From: Balanoglossus misakiensis
Taxonomy: Eukaryota; Animalia; Hemichordata
Length of the DNA: 64,000 nucleotides
NCBI GenBank assembly: GCA_040954595.2
Contig: CM082582.2
Coordinates: 11,900,415-11,964,414 of the forward strand
Reading direction: 5' to 3'
Of the stretch, positions 27,463 to 39,379 are shown one piece after another (position 1 is the first letter of the stretch; each line of letters starts with the position of its first letter). Below the pieces are notes generated by a model, which searched no databases, was not told the DNA's origin, and saw only the letters and a program-made list of their open reading frames with translations. A program made the position numbers and the translations under genes.

Positions 27463-30400
27463 CATCCTCCTCCTCCTCATCCTCCTCCTCCTCCTCCTCC
27501 TCCTCCTCATCCTCATCCTCATCCTCATCCTCATCCTTCTCCTCCTCCTCCTCCTCCTCCTCCTCCTCCTCCTCCTCCTCCTCCTCCTCCTCCTCCTCCT
27601 CCTCCTCCTCCTCCTCCTCCTCCTCCTCCTCCTCATCCTCCTCCTCCTTCTCCTCCTCCTCCTCATCATCATCATCATCATCATCATCCTCCTCTGCGCG
27701 TCTCGGATAATACCTGTGCTGCACGATGGAATATTCTCTGGGCACAGGACAAAAAGGAAAGCAATGCAATATCAAAGCAGACAGATGTAATAAGTAATGA
27801 GATAAATCCCCAAACGCATCATTGCTGGATTCTGCTGCAGATTGTTAACAAGGGTATCTAAATGTCAGGTTGCCCACGGCAACAGCATTCAGAGATTATC
27901 AGAGAACGTATGATCCATGTTGTACACAGCATCTTTTTTTCGTCTCTGTTAATGATAAAGTTGACATTTTGAATGGAATCAAGTCGATGTGTTTCCCCAA
28001 GCCAGAGAGATCACAGATATTAGAAATGGATTTCAGAGAAGTCTGATTCCTGAGAATGAGAGAGCCTATGACAGCTTCTTGTCATTAGCGGTCTCAGACT
28101 GGATGGAGATATGTTTGAGTGAATCCAATGCGTGCTAGTGTGTAGAACTTTATGTACAACAGCCTCAGTTTCCCGCAATAACATACATACATGCACTGGA
28201 ATCAGCTCCTCAAACTCGTTTTGATGGATGTTTTCACAAATGAAGTGACATTGAGACTTCCTTCCTGTAGGTCAGTGAATCGATTGTCAGTATTCACAAA
28301 TCACGAAGGACAGTTGGCAAAGCAATTTTACAAATAAAAGAACTCGTAATTCCAATTCAGTTTTTGCCTTTCCAATCTTTGTGACAGTTTTGTTCAGCAA
28401 ATGGAACATCATTAACGTTTTTCCATTTTGTTCAAGTATCATATCAGTGTGCGCATCCGACTGACTGGTTTTGATTGAGTGCTTGATTTCACTTTCTGTG
28501 CTTGTCATGTTTCAAATCTTTTCTAATCTTGTTAGCTTTTTACGTTAAACATTATGACTGTACATTGGGGACTGAACACCTTTTCCAACTCCACTGCAAA
28601 GTGATTTTGCCAAAGAACGATGAAAATTACTTTGGACTGAGATTTGGTAGTGTTCTCAATAATAACCTCCCAATTTTTTTTTGCATAATATTTCAGACCA
28701 TGTTAACAGCCATATCCATGAGCGCCATAGCAACCAACGGTGTTGTTCCAGGCGGAGGTTCCTATTTCATGATATCCCGAGCATTAGGACCAGAGTTTGG
28801 TGGAGCTGTTGGTATTTTATTTTATCTTGGGACGTCGTTCGCTGCAGCTATGTACATTCTAGGAGCCATTGAAATTCTTCTGGTAAGTGTTACTCCAAAG
28901 CTTCCATATGATTTTGACCTTTTCAGGATTTGAGCAAAGTTGTTCTCACGTTTAAGTACCGCACATGTAATTTATTCCTCATACAAAGTAAACTACATGT
29001 ACATATATAACTTTAATCGTGACTTATTGTTTTTTCACTCTACCCACAGACATACATGGCTCCAGTAATGTCCTTATTTGGTGAACTTGATGGTGTTGGT
29101 GCGGCGCAGAGCCCTGCAATGTACAACAACATGCGTGTCTATGGCTCCATCTTGTTGATGTTGATGGCAATCATGGTGTTTGTTGGAGTCAAATACGTCA
29201 ACAAATGTGCTTCCCTGTTCTTGGCTTGCGTCATCATCTCTGTGATCTGTATTTATATTGGATTCTTTGTGCCGCACAAAGGACCTTTGTAAGTGGGTTT
29301 ATCATTTAGTCAGTGAGTTTAGTCAGTTGGTTTAGTTAGACAGAGTTAAGCATAGTTGATGCTTTAGTTTGCTTGAGTATTGCATTGTAAGTGAAAGACT
29401 TTGTCACTTAGAAAATCACTGAAATATTTCAATTTATTTGTAAAGTGGCTAGTATTCTATGAGGACAAGAAACTAGCAAATCAAAATAATCAAATGTGAT
29501 GATTTCTCCCCCGACAGTTACTGTCAGATGGACGATTCAATATCATTACAACTCGACACCAGTAAACCATGCGCATGGTTCCATGATGATGGGAATTACA
29601 CAGACTTGGCCCTGATGTACTGTGATTATACTAACCCAAACTTGACGTGTGAAGACTATTACGCTGCCCACACACTGCAGAAGGTCAACTCAATACCGGG
29701 AATAACTAGTGGAGTTTTTATTGGTAAGAATTGTTTACATATTTTTTTTTAAAACAAAGCCAGAAAAAAATCATCCCAGATGTACATACCAATAGATGTT
29801 TCTCCCTCATCAGACATGTTAAGATTCATTCACCACTGGACTAGTTGATTTACCAGATATGAATATCCAAGCTCGTCCTATTGCCAGCTGCCATAGACCC
29901 ATCCATCTTCTTCATGCTCTCTGATCAGAGCATAAATGATGGGGCATGCCGTGTGAACTCTTGACAGTTGCTCACACGCCAGACTCTTGTCATCCATTCA
30001 TGCTTGACAAAGAAACAAGATGAACTCACCGACACTTTTTCTGATATGAATAGTTTAAAGAGAGTGGTACATGTACACATCCGTGGGCATTCCGAGACTA
30101 AATGACATACTCAATATCATAACAGCTGCTTACATAAGTTTTCATACATCCGACTCAACATATGTATTCCTGATACAGCATAAAAAAACTCATAAGGAAA
30201 GAAGAAAAGCCTGTAATGAACAGCATATGTCCATCATTTTGTGATATGATAATAAATCTTATATATGTTTTTTTTTCTGTTCAGAAAACGGAATGAATTT
30301 GTACAGACTCGAAGGAGAAGTCCTTCCAGAACAGCGTGGTGTCCATAATCAGATCGTTGCTGATATGACCACATCATTTACAGTTTTATTGGCTATATTT

Positions 30401-33400
30401 TTCCCCTCGGTCACAGGTAAGAGTTGGCCATGACCGGCGTCCAGAGTATTTATGGATTTCTGTGTGTTATTGGCTCATCAGATTCATTTCACATGCTTCT
30501 TTGTGCGTGTATGTGTGGATATAATTTCCAGGGGACAGTTGTCGGACCTATTGCCTGATCAGGCAACAGTCCAAAAACTGGCAACACACTGCAGTTGCTA
30601 ATATCAGTTCTAAAATGATGCACCCAACGTGACAATGATTTGACCAATAATAGTGCAGTGTGTTTGACTGTAGCGGTGACGCATTCTATCATACAGTAAC
30701 TGTTTTTTCTTAATCCACAGGTATTATGGCTGGCTCTAACAGATCCGGTGATTTGAAGGATGCGCAGAAATCTATTCCACTGGGAACCATAGCAGCTATT
30801 ATTACTACGTCAATAATCTGTATCCTTGTATGCTCTGTGAGACAGACTTGTGTTTATTGAGTGTCAGTGATAATGGGTGGACTGTTTGGTTGTTGTGTTG
30901 TGGGCGTGCAGGTAGATTGTTTAGGATGGGTTGTCACGATGATAATTATTGTTCGTTTAGAGAGACAGGGTCATTCTAGGATGCTCCTTCAAGTTCATGG
31001 AAGGTAATGCTTTAAAAGAAGCTCAATATTCATGGAGGGTGTGGAAATTATTGAGTTGACAATATGTCCATGTGCTCATTGTAATTAATCATTGTATCAA
31101 CCTTAACACCGCTTCAGATTTAACTAGTGTACTTTTCTTTGGTGCTACTGTTGATGGCGTTGTTCTCAGAGACAAGTAAGTATCCACTGCCCCCAAATCC
31201 CCTCATCAGTAAAGTGTGTTTGTACAGTGAAACATTTCTGGTAAGATTGAGAAATTTTATAGTGATGCTCTTCTGATCTCTTCTATCCACAGATTTGGTG
31301 AAAGTATCGGCGGGTCTCTAGTAGTGGCCCAGTTAGCATGGCCGAATGAGTGGGTTATTCTGATTGGCTCGTTTCTGTCCACTGTGGGAGCTGGGCTGCA
31401 GAGTTTGACAGGTGCACCCCGTCTCTTACAAGCCATCGCCCGCGACAATCTTATACCGTTCCTCAGTGTGTTCGGTAGAGGGTCGGCAACGGGAGAACCG
31501 ACCTGGGCTCTGCTGCTGACTGCTTGTATCACAGAAGTAGGCATTCTCATCGCAAGTCTGGACATGGTCGCTCCCATCATTACAATGTAAGTCAGTGAGA
31601 TGAGAAGAGATTATCATCTTCATGAAAAAACCAACAGTACCTGAGAACTACTGTGTGAATTTTTCGTATGCAAGGATTTTGTTCAGGGAGGGAAAAATTA
31701 GACAGTCCCAAACATGGTTGGCTTACATCCACACCTCTTGATTTCCTTGCAGGTTTTTCCTCATGTGTTACATGTTTGTCAACTTTGCCTGCGTGCTGCA
31801 GACTCTACTGCGAACACCCAACTGGAGGCCGCGTTTCCGATACTACCACTGGACTTTGTCGTTAATTGGTGCTGGTCTGTGTATAGCCTTGATGTTCATC
31901 TCAAGCTGGTACTATGCACTGGTAGCTGCTGTAATAGCATTGTGTATTTACAAATATATTGAATATAGAGGGTGAGTGTGGTTTGATGGTGAATTTGGGA
32001 TTTATAATTGACTTAGATGTACCAGTACGTAAGATCTACAACTTAACAAGGACACAGAAATCATAGAAATAATGTTAAATGAAAAAGTTGTTGAATAACA
32101 TTTTTTCTTTGAAAATCCAGAGCTGAAAAGGAATGGGGAGATGGCTTGCGTGGTTTGTCTCTCACAGCTGCTAGATACAGTCTGCTTAGGTTGGAAGAAT
32201 CTCCACCACACACTAAAAACTGGAGGTATGTACATGGAACCACTCTTTGGTTTGTCGAATAACATTTTGAATAACTTTGAACTTGAACTGTGCAATTCCT
32301 GACAACAAGTATCATCATAAAAGTGTGTACGACACTTTGAAGCAGACCAAGTGGCTTTTTTTTTCTTCTTCAGACCCCAAGTTCTAGTGTTGGTGAAATT
32401 AGATGAAAATTTGAGACCGAAAGTTGCAGGTAGAAAGCTGCTAACGTTTGCAAGTCAACTCAAAGCAGGTAAGGTTGTTCAAAGTCACTTATTCTCAGAA
32501 ATGCATTGTGTGATTTTTGTCCACAAATGCACAGCTACAAACAGAGTAGTCGCTTTGAAGTCAAAGAGATGCTTGACCTCTTCTTGTTCATCGTTTTGCA
32601 GGTAAAGGTCTGACGCTGATTGGCAGTGTGATCGAGGGAGATTTCTTAGACAACTATGGTGAAGCACAGGCAGCAAAACAATCTCTAAAGAAATGGATGT
32701 CTGATGAAAAAGTCCGAGGTTTTGCCAAGGTGTTGGTGTCTAAGGATGTTGCGCAAGGTATCTGTTCACTGTAAGTACATGTAATCTTTTTGGCTTTCAA
32801 CATCAAAGTTTACTGTAGTTCTTGCCCACACTTTAGGTCTGAGGTCACTTTTTGCAATATCAATGCAACTCAAAGCCAATTGTTTTCATTTTTCAGTATA
32901 CAAACCTGTGGTCTGGGTGGCCTGAAACACAACACAGTGGTAGTTGGATGGCCGTATGGATGGAGACAGTCAACGGAGGAAAAATCCTGGAGTACTTTCA
33001 TAGGTATGTCTTCAGTCATACAGATCCCTTTTTAACATGAAATACTTTTCATGATTTGGTGAGATTATTGATGGTACTTAATTCGCATTATCTTTGCAGA
33101 TACAATAAGGATGGTGTCGGCTAACAAAAACGCCTTGCTGGTTCCCAAAAATGTGCAGACGTTTCCTGAAAGCACGGAGAAGTTTGAAGGTGGCACCACC
33201 ATTGACGTGTGGTGGATAGTCCGTATCCTTGAATAAAGATTGATAGATTCTTGCGATCGGTTTCTGCACTGATCAAACTGCTGAGCATAATGATCACAAA
33301 AGTGTGATTACTTTTCAAAGAATGACACAGATTCAAACTGCCTTTGCCTTTCATATGCTGTAGCTTAATCAGAAAATCAAGTTTGCAAATTTAGTCTGTG

Positions 33401-36400
33401 CCATCTCTGAATATGTTGGATACAATTCTTGAATGCTACAGAAAATGCTCTCCCAAATATCTCGCAGTGATCAACTGTTCTGTGTGTGTTAACCATGCTT
33501 TGTTGTTGACTTTTCCTTGACTCAGTGGTTTATTTCAGATGACGGTGGAATGTTGATGCTGTTGCCGTTTTTACTTAAACAACACAGGACGTGGAAGCAT
33601 TGTTCATTGAGGATATTTACAATTGCACGTATCCTTGCAATTTTACACTGTTGATTATTTTTGCATTTGAACACAACAACACAGATGTGCATTGTACTCA
33701 CACACACATATCCACACATACAGATACATTCATTGACACATGACATGTATACTGTACCTACCAGTACACACACATAAATACACACACATAGGTACTTGTA
33801 CATACAATGATACACACACACATGCTCTAACACACAAATGTTAAACAATATATGTTCATACCACTCTACGATTTGTTTTATCCAACACCCAAAGCCTGTA
33901 CTCCTCGATATGATAATTGTTGATTCTTGACACACATGCACAAATAAAGAACTGGAAGACAATAGCATTCAGATGAAGAGAGATTTGGAGATGTTTTTGC
34001 ATTTACTCAGAATTGAAGCAACGGTTGAAGTTATGGAAATGGTAAGAAACACACTTGGTTCGCTTTGATAAATATACAGGAATGATGTGGTGTTTGTTGT
34101 ATGGTCTGCTCTTTAGGTCATGACTGTTAATGCCTATGTATATAGAGCTACGAATTGCCTCCTTAAAACTTGGGCTTTTGAACCCTGGCATGGCTGTGGA
34201 GTTGTGTCCAGTGTATTCATTGTTTCTCTTTCTGACTCCAGCATGACAGCGACATCTCCGCCTACACCTACGAGAGAACACTGATGATGGAACAGAGACA
34301 CCAAATGCTGCGGGAGATGAAATTGACGAAGAAACAGACCAAGCGAGAGGTAATACCGTCTGAAATCTTTGCACCGTACACAGACACTTGCGTTGTTCCC
34401 CTAAAAGCTATACTTTCTTCATTCTTGTCACAAGTTCAATATACTGGTGAAGTTGGCTTCAGATGTATCAAAACACAGTCTATAACTCAGTTGTCAAAAA
34501 AATCAGCCTGAAACCCTAGCTTAACCAGGACTGCCAAATACCAACTTCATCATTATATTGAGGTGATGCTTATCATACTTTCTACATTTGTGGCCACTTT
34601 CATCACAGCTTTTTCTTTTCATCATCTTAACCCTCTGTTCTGTTTAATGTTACCTGTAGGGATATCTTCTTCTAACACAGGTGAGGTTAATCATTTCTGT
34701 GCTCAGCAGGTCCTGCTCTCTGTGTGTGTGTCCCATAAACAACAGCCCCATCTAGAGGCATGGCCTAAAATACTTGTTTATAATTTTCCTGCATTTTTGA
34801 AAATAGCCGAATGCGTTGGTGAGATTTCTGTTTATCTGCAAAGGAGAGCTTTGTCCTTAACACAATAAAACTTGAAAGCGTAAAATAAAGATAACTTTCA
34901 GTTAAGATCTGTCTGAAACTAGAGCAATCCTTCCTTTCACATAAACAGAAATACTTGTCAGACAAAACGCCAATCAATTATCTGTACTCATTGCCTGAAA
35001 ACAACTCCATCCCTCCCAGCCAACAGCATGGCTAATCTAGATTTAATCTATATATTTTTTACAATACATGTATTCCACTTTTCTAACATGCTGTACATGT
35101 TTGTGTGTACATGTATGGCAGGTTTTGATTTTGCCAGGCCTGGCAGCTGAGTTCCCTATTTATAGTGTCTGGTCACAAAATAGTACAATTTTAGTTATTT
35201 TAGCTTTTTTAAATCTGATATGTTTGTACTCTAATCGGAATAACTGTTTTACTCTCTTTTTAGTAGAAATTGACATTCTAACCAGTAGTGGGCACAGCAA
35301 ATGCACAAGGAGTATACAAGAATTTCACTGTAAATGGTCTTTTGTGATCATTTCAAGACCTAAATGGAAAGATAATGCTTGAATTTTCACCCAAACCTCA
35401 AACAAACATAAAGCTTGAGTCAATGTGATTTGTTCTTGAATGTAACTTCCCTTCCACATTGTCTAGGTGCAACACTTACTGGATGTCCACCACGAACCAC
35501 AACCAGACAAGAAGCCCACAGTGGATGACGAGGTGCAGGACATTGAAGAGTTGGTGGAAGCTGATGAGGAGGTCCTCAGGAAAGAAGGATTCTTGGAAGG
35601 ACTCGAAGAAGAACCGGAAGACGAAGAAGCGGCGGGAGATGCTGTCTCGGCGGCGACAGCGGAACCGAAAGAGACCAGTGATGATGACAAGAAGGAGAAT
35701 CACGATGACACGCACGGAATCTTTGATGATGCCGAGGAGGTGGACGGAAAGGATGCTGCTCCCTTAGCGACCATCGATGTGGAGAGCGAAACCATGGGAA
35801 CTCCATCCAAGGTGCCCGACAGTCCTCCAGCAGCTGGACCCCCGTTGTCACCAGGGATAAAATTTCCGCGCAGACCGAGTAAAAAGACTCCCAAGCAGAT
35901 CAAGGAATACTACAAGAATTTGCTGCACATCAAACCGTGAGTGTTAAAGAGCTGTTTATTTACAGAATATGGACATGTATTCTCATTAGATACTAGCTGA
36001 TATAGAGTAGCAGGTAATAGAAGGGGAAAAAACAGCTATGCATTAGCTGAAAGAGAAACCACTGAAGAGTATTTTTTAAATCTTTCTTTCTTTCTTTCTT
36101 TCTTTTTAAGGGATGCCCTGAATGTACGTCGTATGCACACTGCAGTGAGACTGAACGAGATAATAGTGGAGAAGTCTCACGAAGCCAAGATGGTGATACT
36201 TAATCTGCCAGGGCCTCCAAAGAATAGAGCTGGAGATGCCAATTGTATCCTTTGACAATTATTTGAATTGCGCATCTTCCAAAATAAAGGAAGGGCTTAA
36301 AACACCTGCAGGCTTGTTCTAGTCATTCAGAGCACTGTGCTTGTCTCTATAGGTTGATCCAGGGTTCATACACTTCTGAAAAGCAATGGCGTGTATTTAT

Positions 36401-36625
36401 GTTTTTTTATTTCTTTGACCTTCTATTATAGCCAAGTCAATATATGTATGCTATTGCCTCGATGGAGCTATCATTGTCACACTGTGGAATCCTTTTGTTG
36501 TTATTGCCATTCTCCTTCACTTCTGTTCCTCAGATATTGAATTTCTTGAAGTGCTTACAGAAGGCATCGACAGAATCCTGATGGTGCGAGGGGGCGGTCG
36601 CGAAGTCATCACTATCTACTCGTGA
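12601..36625 (+). CDS. K-Cl cotransporter (KCC, SLC12A4/5/6/7 family), 23 exons, about 1174 aa
   Basis: Exons 12601-12730, 24118-24221, 24847-24972, 25133-25279, 28697-28882, 29050-29288, 29518-29723, 30285-30416, 30721-30819, 31118-31175, 31293-31586, 31753-31971, 32121-32225, 32374-32468, 32602-32770, 32897-33003, 33100-33222, 33539-33628, 33950-34041, 34242-34349, 35467-35936, 36111-36244, 36534-36625 (3525 nt). Motifs: [78 protein letters not shown]. The vertebrate paralog cannot be specified. Confidence 0.97.
27399..27692. repeat. Compound (TCA)n/(TCC)n microsatellite in KCC intron 4
   Basis: About 290 bp of TCA/TCC triplets; source of the poly-E/D and poly-R/M ORFs. Confidence 0.95.
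30820..31117 (+). other. U12-type intron 1 of KCC
   Basis: GTATCCTTG; branch CCTTAAC 31101-31107; CAG ending 31117; junction gives TTSII-Y-LTSV. Confidence 0.92.
33223..33538 (+). other. U12-type intron 2 of KCC
   Basis: GTATCCTTG; branch TTTTCCTTGAC 33511-33521; junction gives WWIV-H-DGG. Confidence 0.9.
33629..33949 (+). other. U12-type intron 3 of KCC
   Basis: GTATCCTTG; branch TTCTTGAC 33924-33931; acceptor AAAG with no polypyrimidine tract; junction gives [16 protein letters not shown]. Confidence 0.88.
36245..36533 (+). other. U12-type intron 4 of KCC
   Basis: GTATCCTTT; branch TCTCCTTCAC 36511-36520; junction gives [15 protein letters not shown]. Confidence 0.88.
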
Positions 36626-39156
36626 GAAATGAAAAGAATTGATCATGTCGGCAGGGAAAAATTAAAACGGGGAATTTTTAAATTGTTGATGATTTGAGAA
36701 GAATTGACAAGATCCCGTGTGGTCAGGTGGTTGGTTGAAAAGGTATTCTTGGTCAAAGAAGGCAAAGTGAGGAAGAATATTTATATTATAGAACAGAAAG
36801 AGATGAGGACAGGCAAATCACTTTTTCAAGATGTCTTGAGGTCATCCCTTTTTTAAATATTTAAGAAAACATAGATTTACAGATCCATGATTGTAAAATT
36901 TAATCAAGAAAGGTAATTTTGCAAATCTCTATTCACTTGTTTTAGTTTGTCTTTCCATGATTCGTCCATTTTATCTTTTAAATTGATATTTCTGCTGATC
37001 AAGGGAATAGGGACCAGTACTTCAAACATTACATTTGTAATTCAGTAAGTGTCTGTCCTGTCCATTTTTCGACCTTTTTTAAAACTATGTGATGATGCAA
37101 ATTAGGAGCATGTATATTTTTCAATTTCTTGTTTTTAGATTGCAGATAATTATGTTGTTATTCCAATGAAAAGGAAAGCAGATTTTAGCATAGAAATTAT
37201 GGGCTTGAAAATAATTGGTCACAATCATCTTGAAGCAGAATGGTAATAATTTGGAGATTTTTCACCTTTACAACTTTCTCTATGTTTAAAAAATATTTGT
37301 TTGTGACAGTCAGATATGAAGTCTTTGACATTTTTACATTGTTGAATTAATATCATCCATCTTTTGACACTCAACCCAGCCTGTATGCAAATCTACAGTC
37401 AGCCTATGAGCTTCCACCAGGATTGCGCACAATCTGCATTTCAGAGCAGTTTATGATTACAAATAAAAATTCACCTTGTTTATATATGTGTCTCCTAAAA
37501 CTATTGCACTTCAGTATATAAATCATGAAAAAAAAATTAATTGCAGTTTGATGATTTTCCGTGATTTACACCATCTTAACTCAGACATGTTCATTTATTG
37601 AAAATTTTTACATGTATATATAAGCGTCCTTGAGAAAGACTGAGAAATTATACATTTTTGATATAGGACATATCTGTAAAATTACCGTATAATTTTCTCA
37701 TTCATGTGATAGACATATATAATTCCCTATGTAAGAGAGTCTAGATTTTCACAGGTATATACATGTAAGTGACCTTTGTGTGGATGCAATCATTATCAAA
37801 CCCCACATTGTAAACTAATCAAAATTTCAACTAACAAGCCTCAATTCAGACACAAATGTCTGTATTTTTTTTCAGGCAATAAATGGCTACATACAGGTTT
37901 CGGTATCATAGAACTATTTATTTTTGCTATGTACTGTTGAGGTAGGAAAGAAAAGACACACCTTGTTTTTTTGGACTTGTTTATTTTTTTACGTTCTTGT
38001 AAATATTTCACCTCCTTGCAATATTGTTCCTTTCATCGTGTTTAATGTAGGTACCTGTCTGAAGATATATAACACGAGTTGTTTATATAAATTCTTTTAT
38101 AAATTCAGTGATGATTAAAATAACAGTGTGACTAGTTAATCATGTTTAGTTTTACCACTTTTTGTCTGAATGAAAAACTATTTTCCAATTCCATAAGTCT
38201 TATCAGTTATAGATTTTTAACATTCTTGTCCACTCGTTTGTGTAGTTCTGTGTTTTAAAAAAGTGCCATAGACACTTAGTAGGCATGTACTGCAAGATAT
38301 GCACATTTACATTGAAGATAGGGTACTTTTTTCTTCTTCATTTTTCCTTTATTTATTTATTTTTCTTTTTAATAAGTTCAACAAAGAAGTTTGTGTAAAA
38401 CCTGTAGGTTTTTGATCTACATGTACCTTGTTTTACCGATTCAATTCGTACAAACTTTTCCAGTGGTTTGAAGTGACACTTCTTGCATGTATACTGAGTG
38501 ACTTGAAGCTTTCCATACACAGAAGTATGTTTGGAATCATCCTGTACTCTTCTCACCCCAACCCACCTACACCCTCTCACCCCCGGTTTCAGTGGTATGG
38601 CTGAACTGACTGGAGATAACAGAAGGTGCATCTCCATAATAGGATGGTTTAAGGGAGGATTCAGCTGAATATTTCTTTCTGCTTTGTTGCTGTGTTTTCT
38701 ACTGTTCCACACATGTCCAAGTGACACTATGAACAGTATAATGTCTATGTCTGTATTTAGCTTTAATTTATTAAACTGACTTTTTCACCAAAGGGCAGCT
38801 TTATGTAAGTTCGTATCTCATGATCCACCAACCCTAATATTTAGCTCATTACATGCAGTGAAAGATGATTTGTAGATTTTTGTAGCTTTGTTTTATAAAA
38901 AGGCTTTTATGATTTTATGTAATGTAACTTTTTTATTTCGTGTTACTTTTATGTGTAACTGAATTACAGACTAAAATAATTACATCTGAATTATCTTTGT
39001 CTTAATATTATCTGTTTGACTGTAAACTGTAGTGCATGGTTTGGCATAGACCTCACTCGTCAATGGCTATTTCTCTCATCATCAGACAGTCATTGGCGTA
39101 GAGGGCGCCATACCCCTGCCCAAGCGCAGCATCATCTCGCGCGATCCCCGGCGGCT

Positions 39157-39169
39157 GTTGCCTGGCGAC
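39157..39169. promoter_or_regulatory. X-box-like (RFX) motif in the RGSL1-like promoter
   Basis: GTTGCC-T-GGCGAC in a CpG-rich patch 100-210 bp upstream of the candidate ATGs. Confidence 0.5.
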
Positions 39170-39379
39170 GTGGGAACGCGTACGCTCTGTACTCTTCTGA
39201 ATGATGGACAATGGTTTTAACAATCGGCGAATAGAATTCTATGTTGCTGTCTTGATAAACTAAGCAAGAAAATGGCGTGGGGACGTGCTCGTAAGCATTT
39301 CAGAGAGAAAATCGCTCATTGATGTGGCATTGAGTGTTGGAAGACAGAGGGACCTTTCCCCCAAACAATACGCGTCAAA

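Noticed and set aside
27376-27775. Poly-E/D and poly-R/M ORFs on the minus strand
   Set aside because: They are translations of the intronic (TCA/TCC)n microsatellite.
27869-27883. X-box-like palindrome GTTGCCCACGGCAAC in KCC intron 4
   Set aside because: Isolated short motif; similar half-sites recur across the window with no supporting context.
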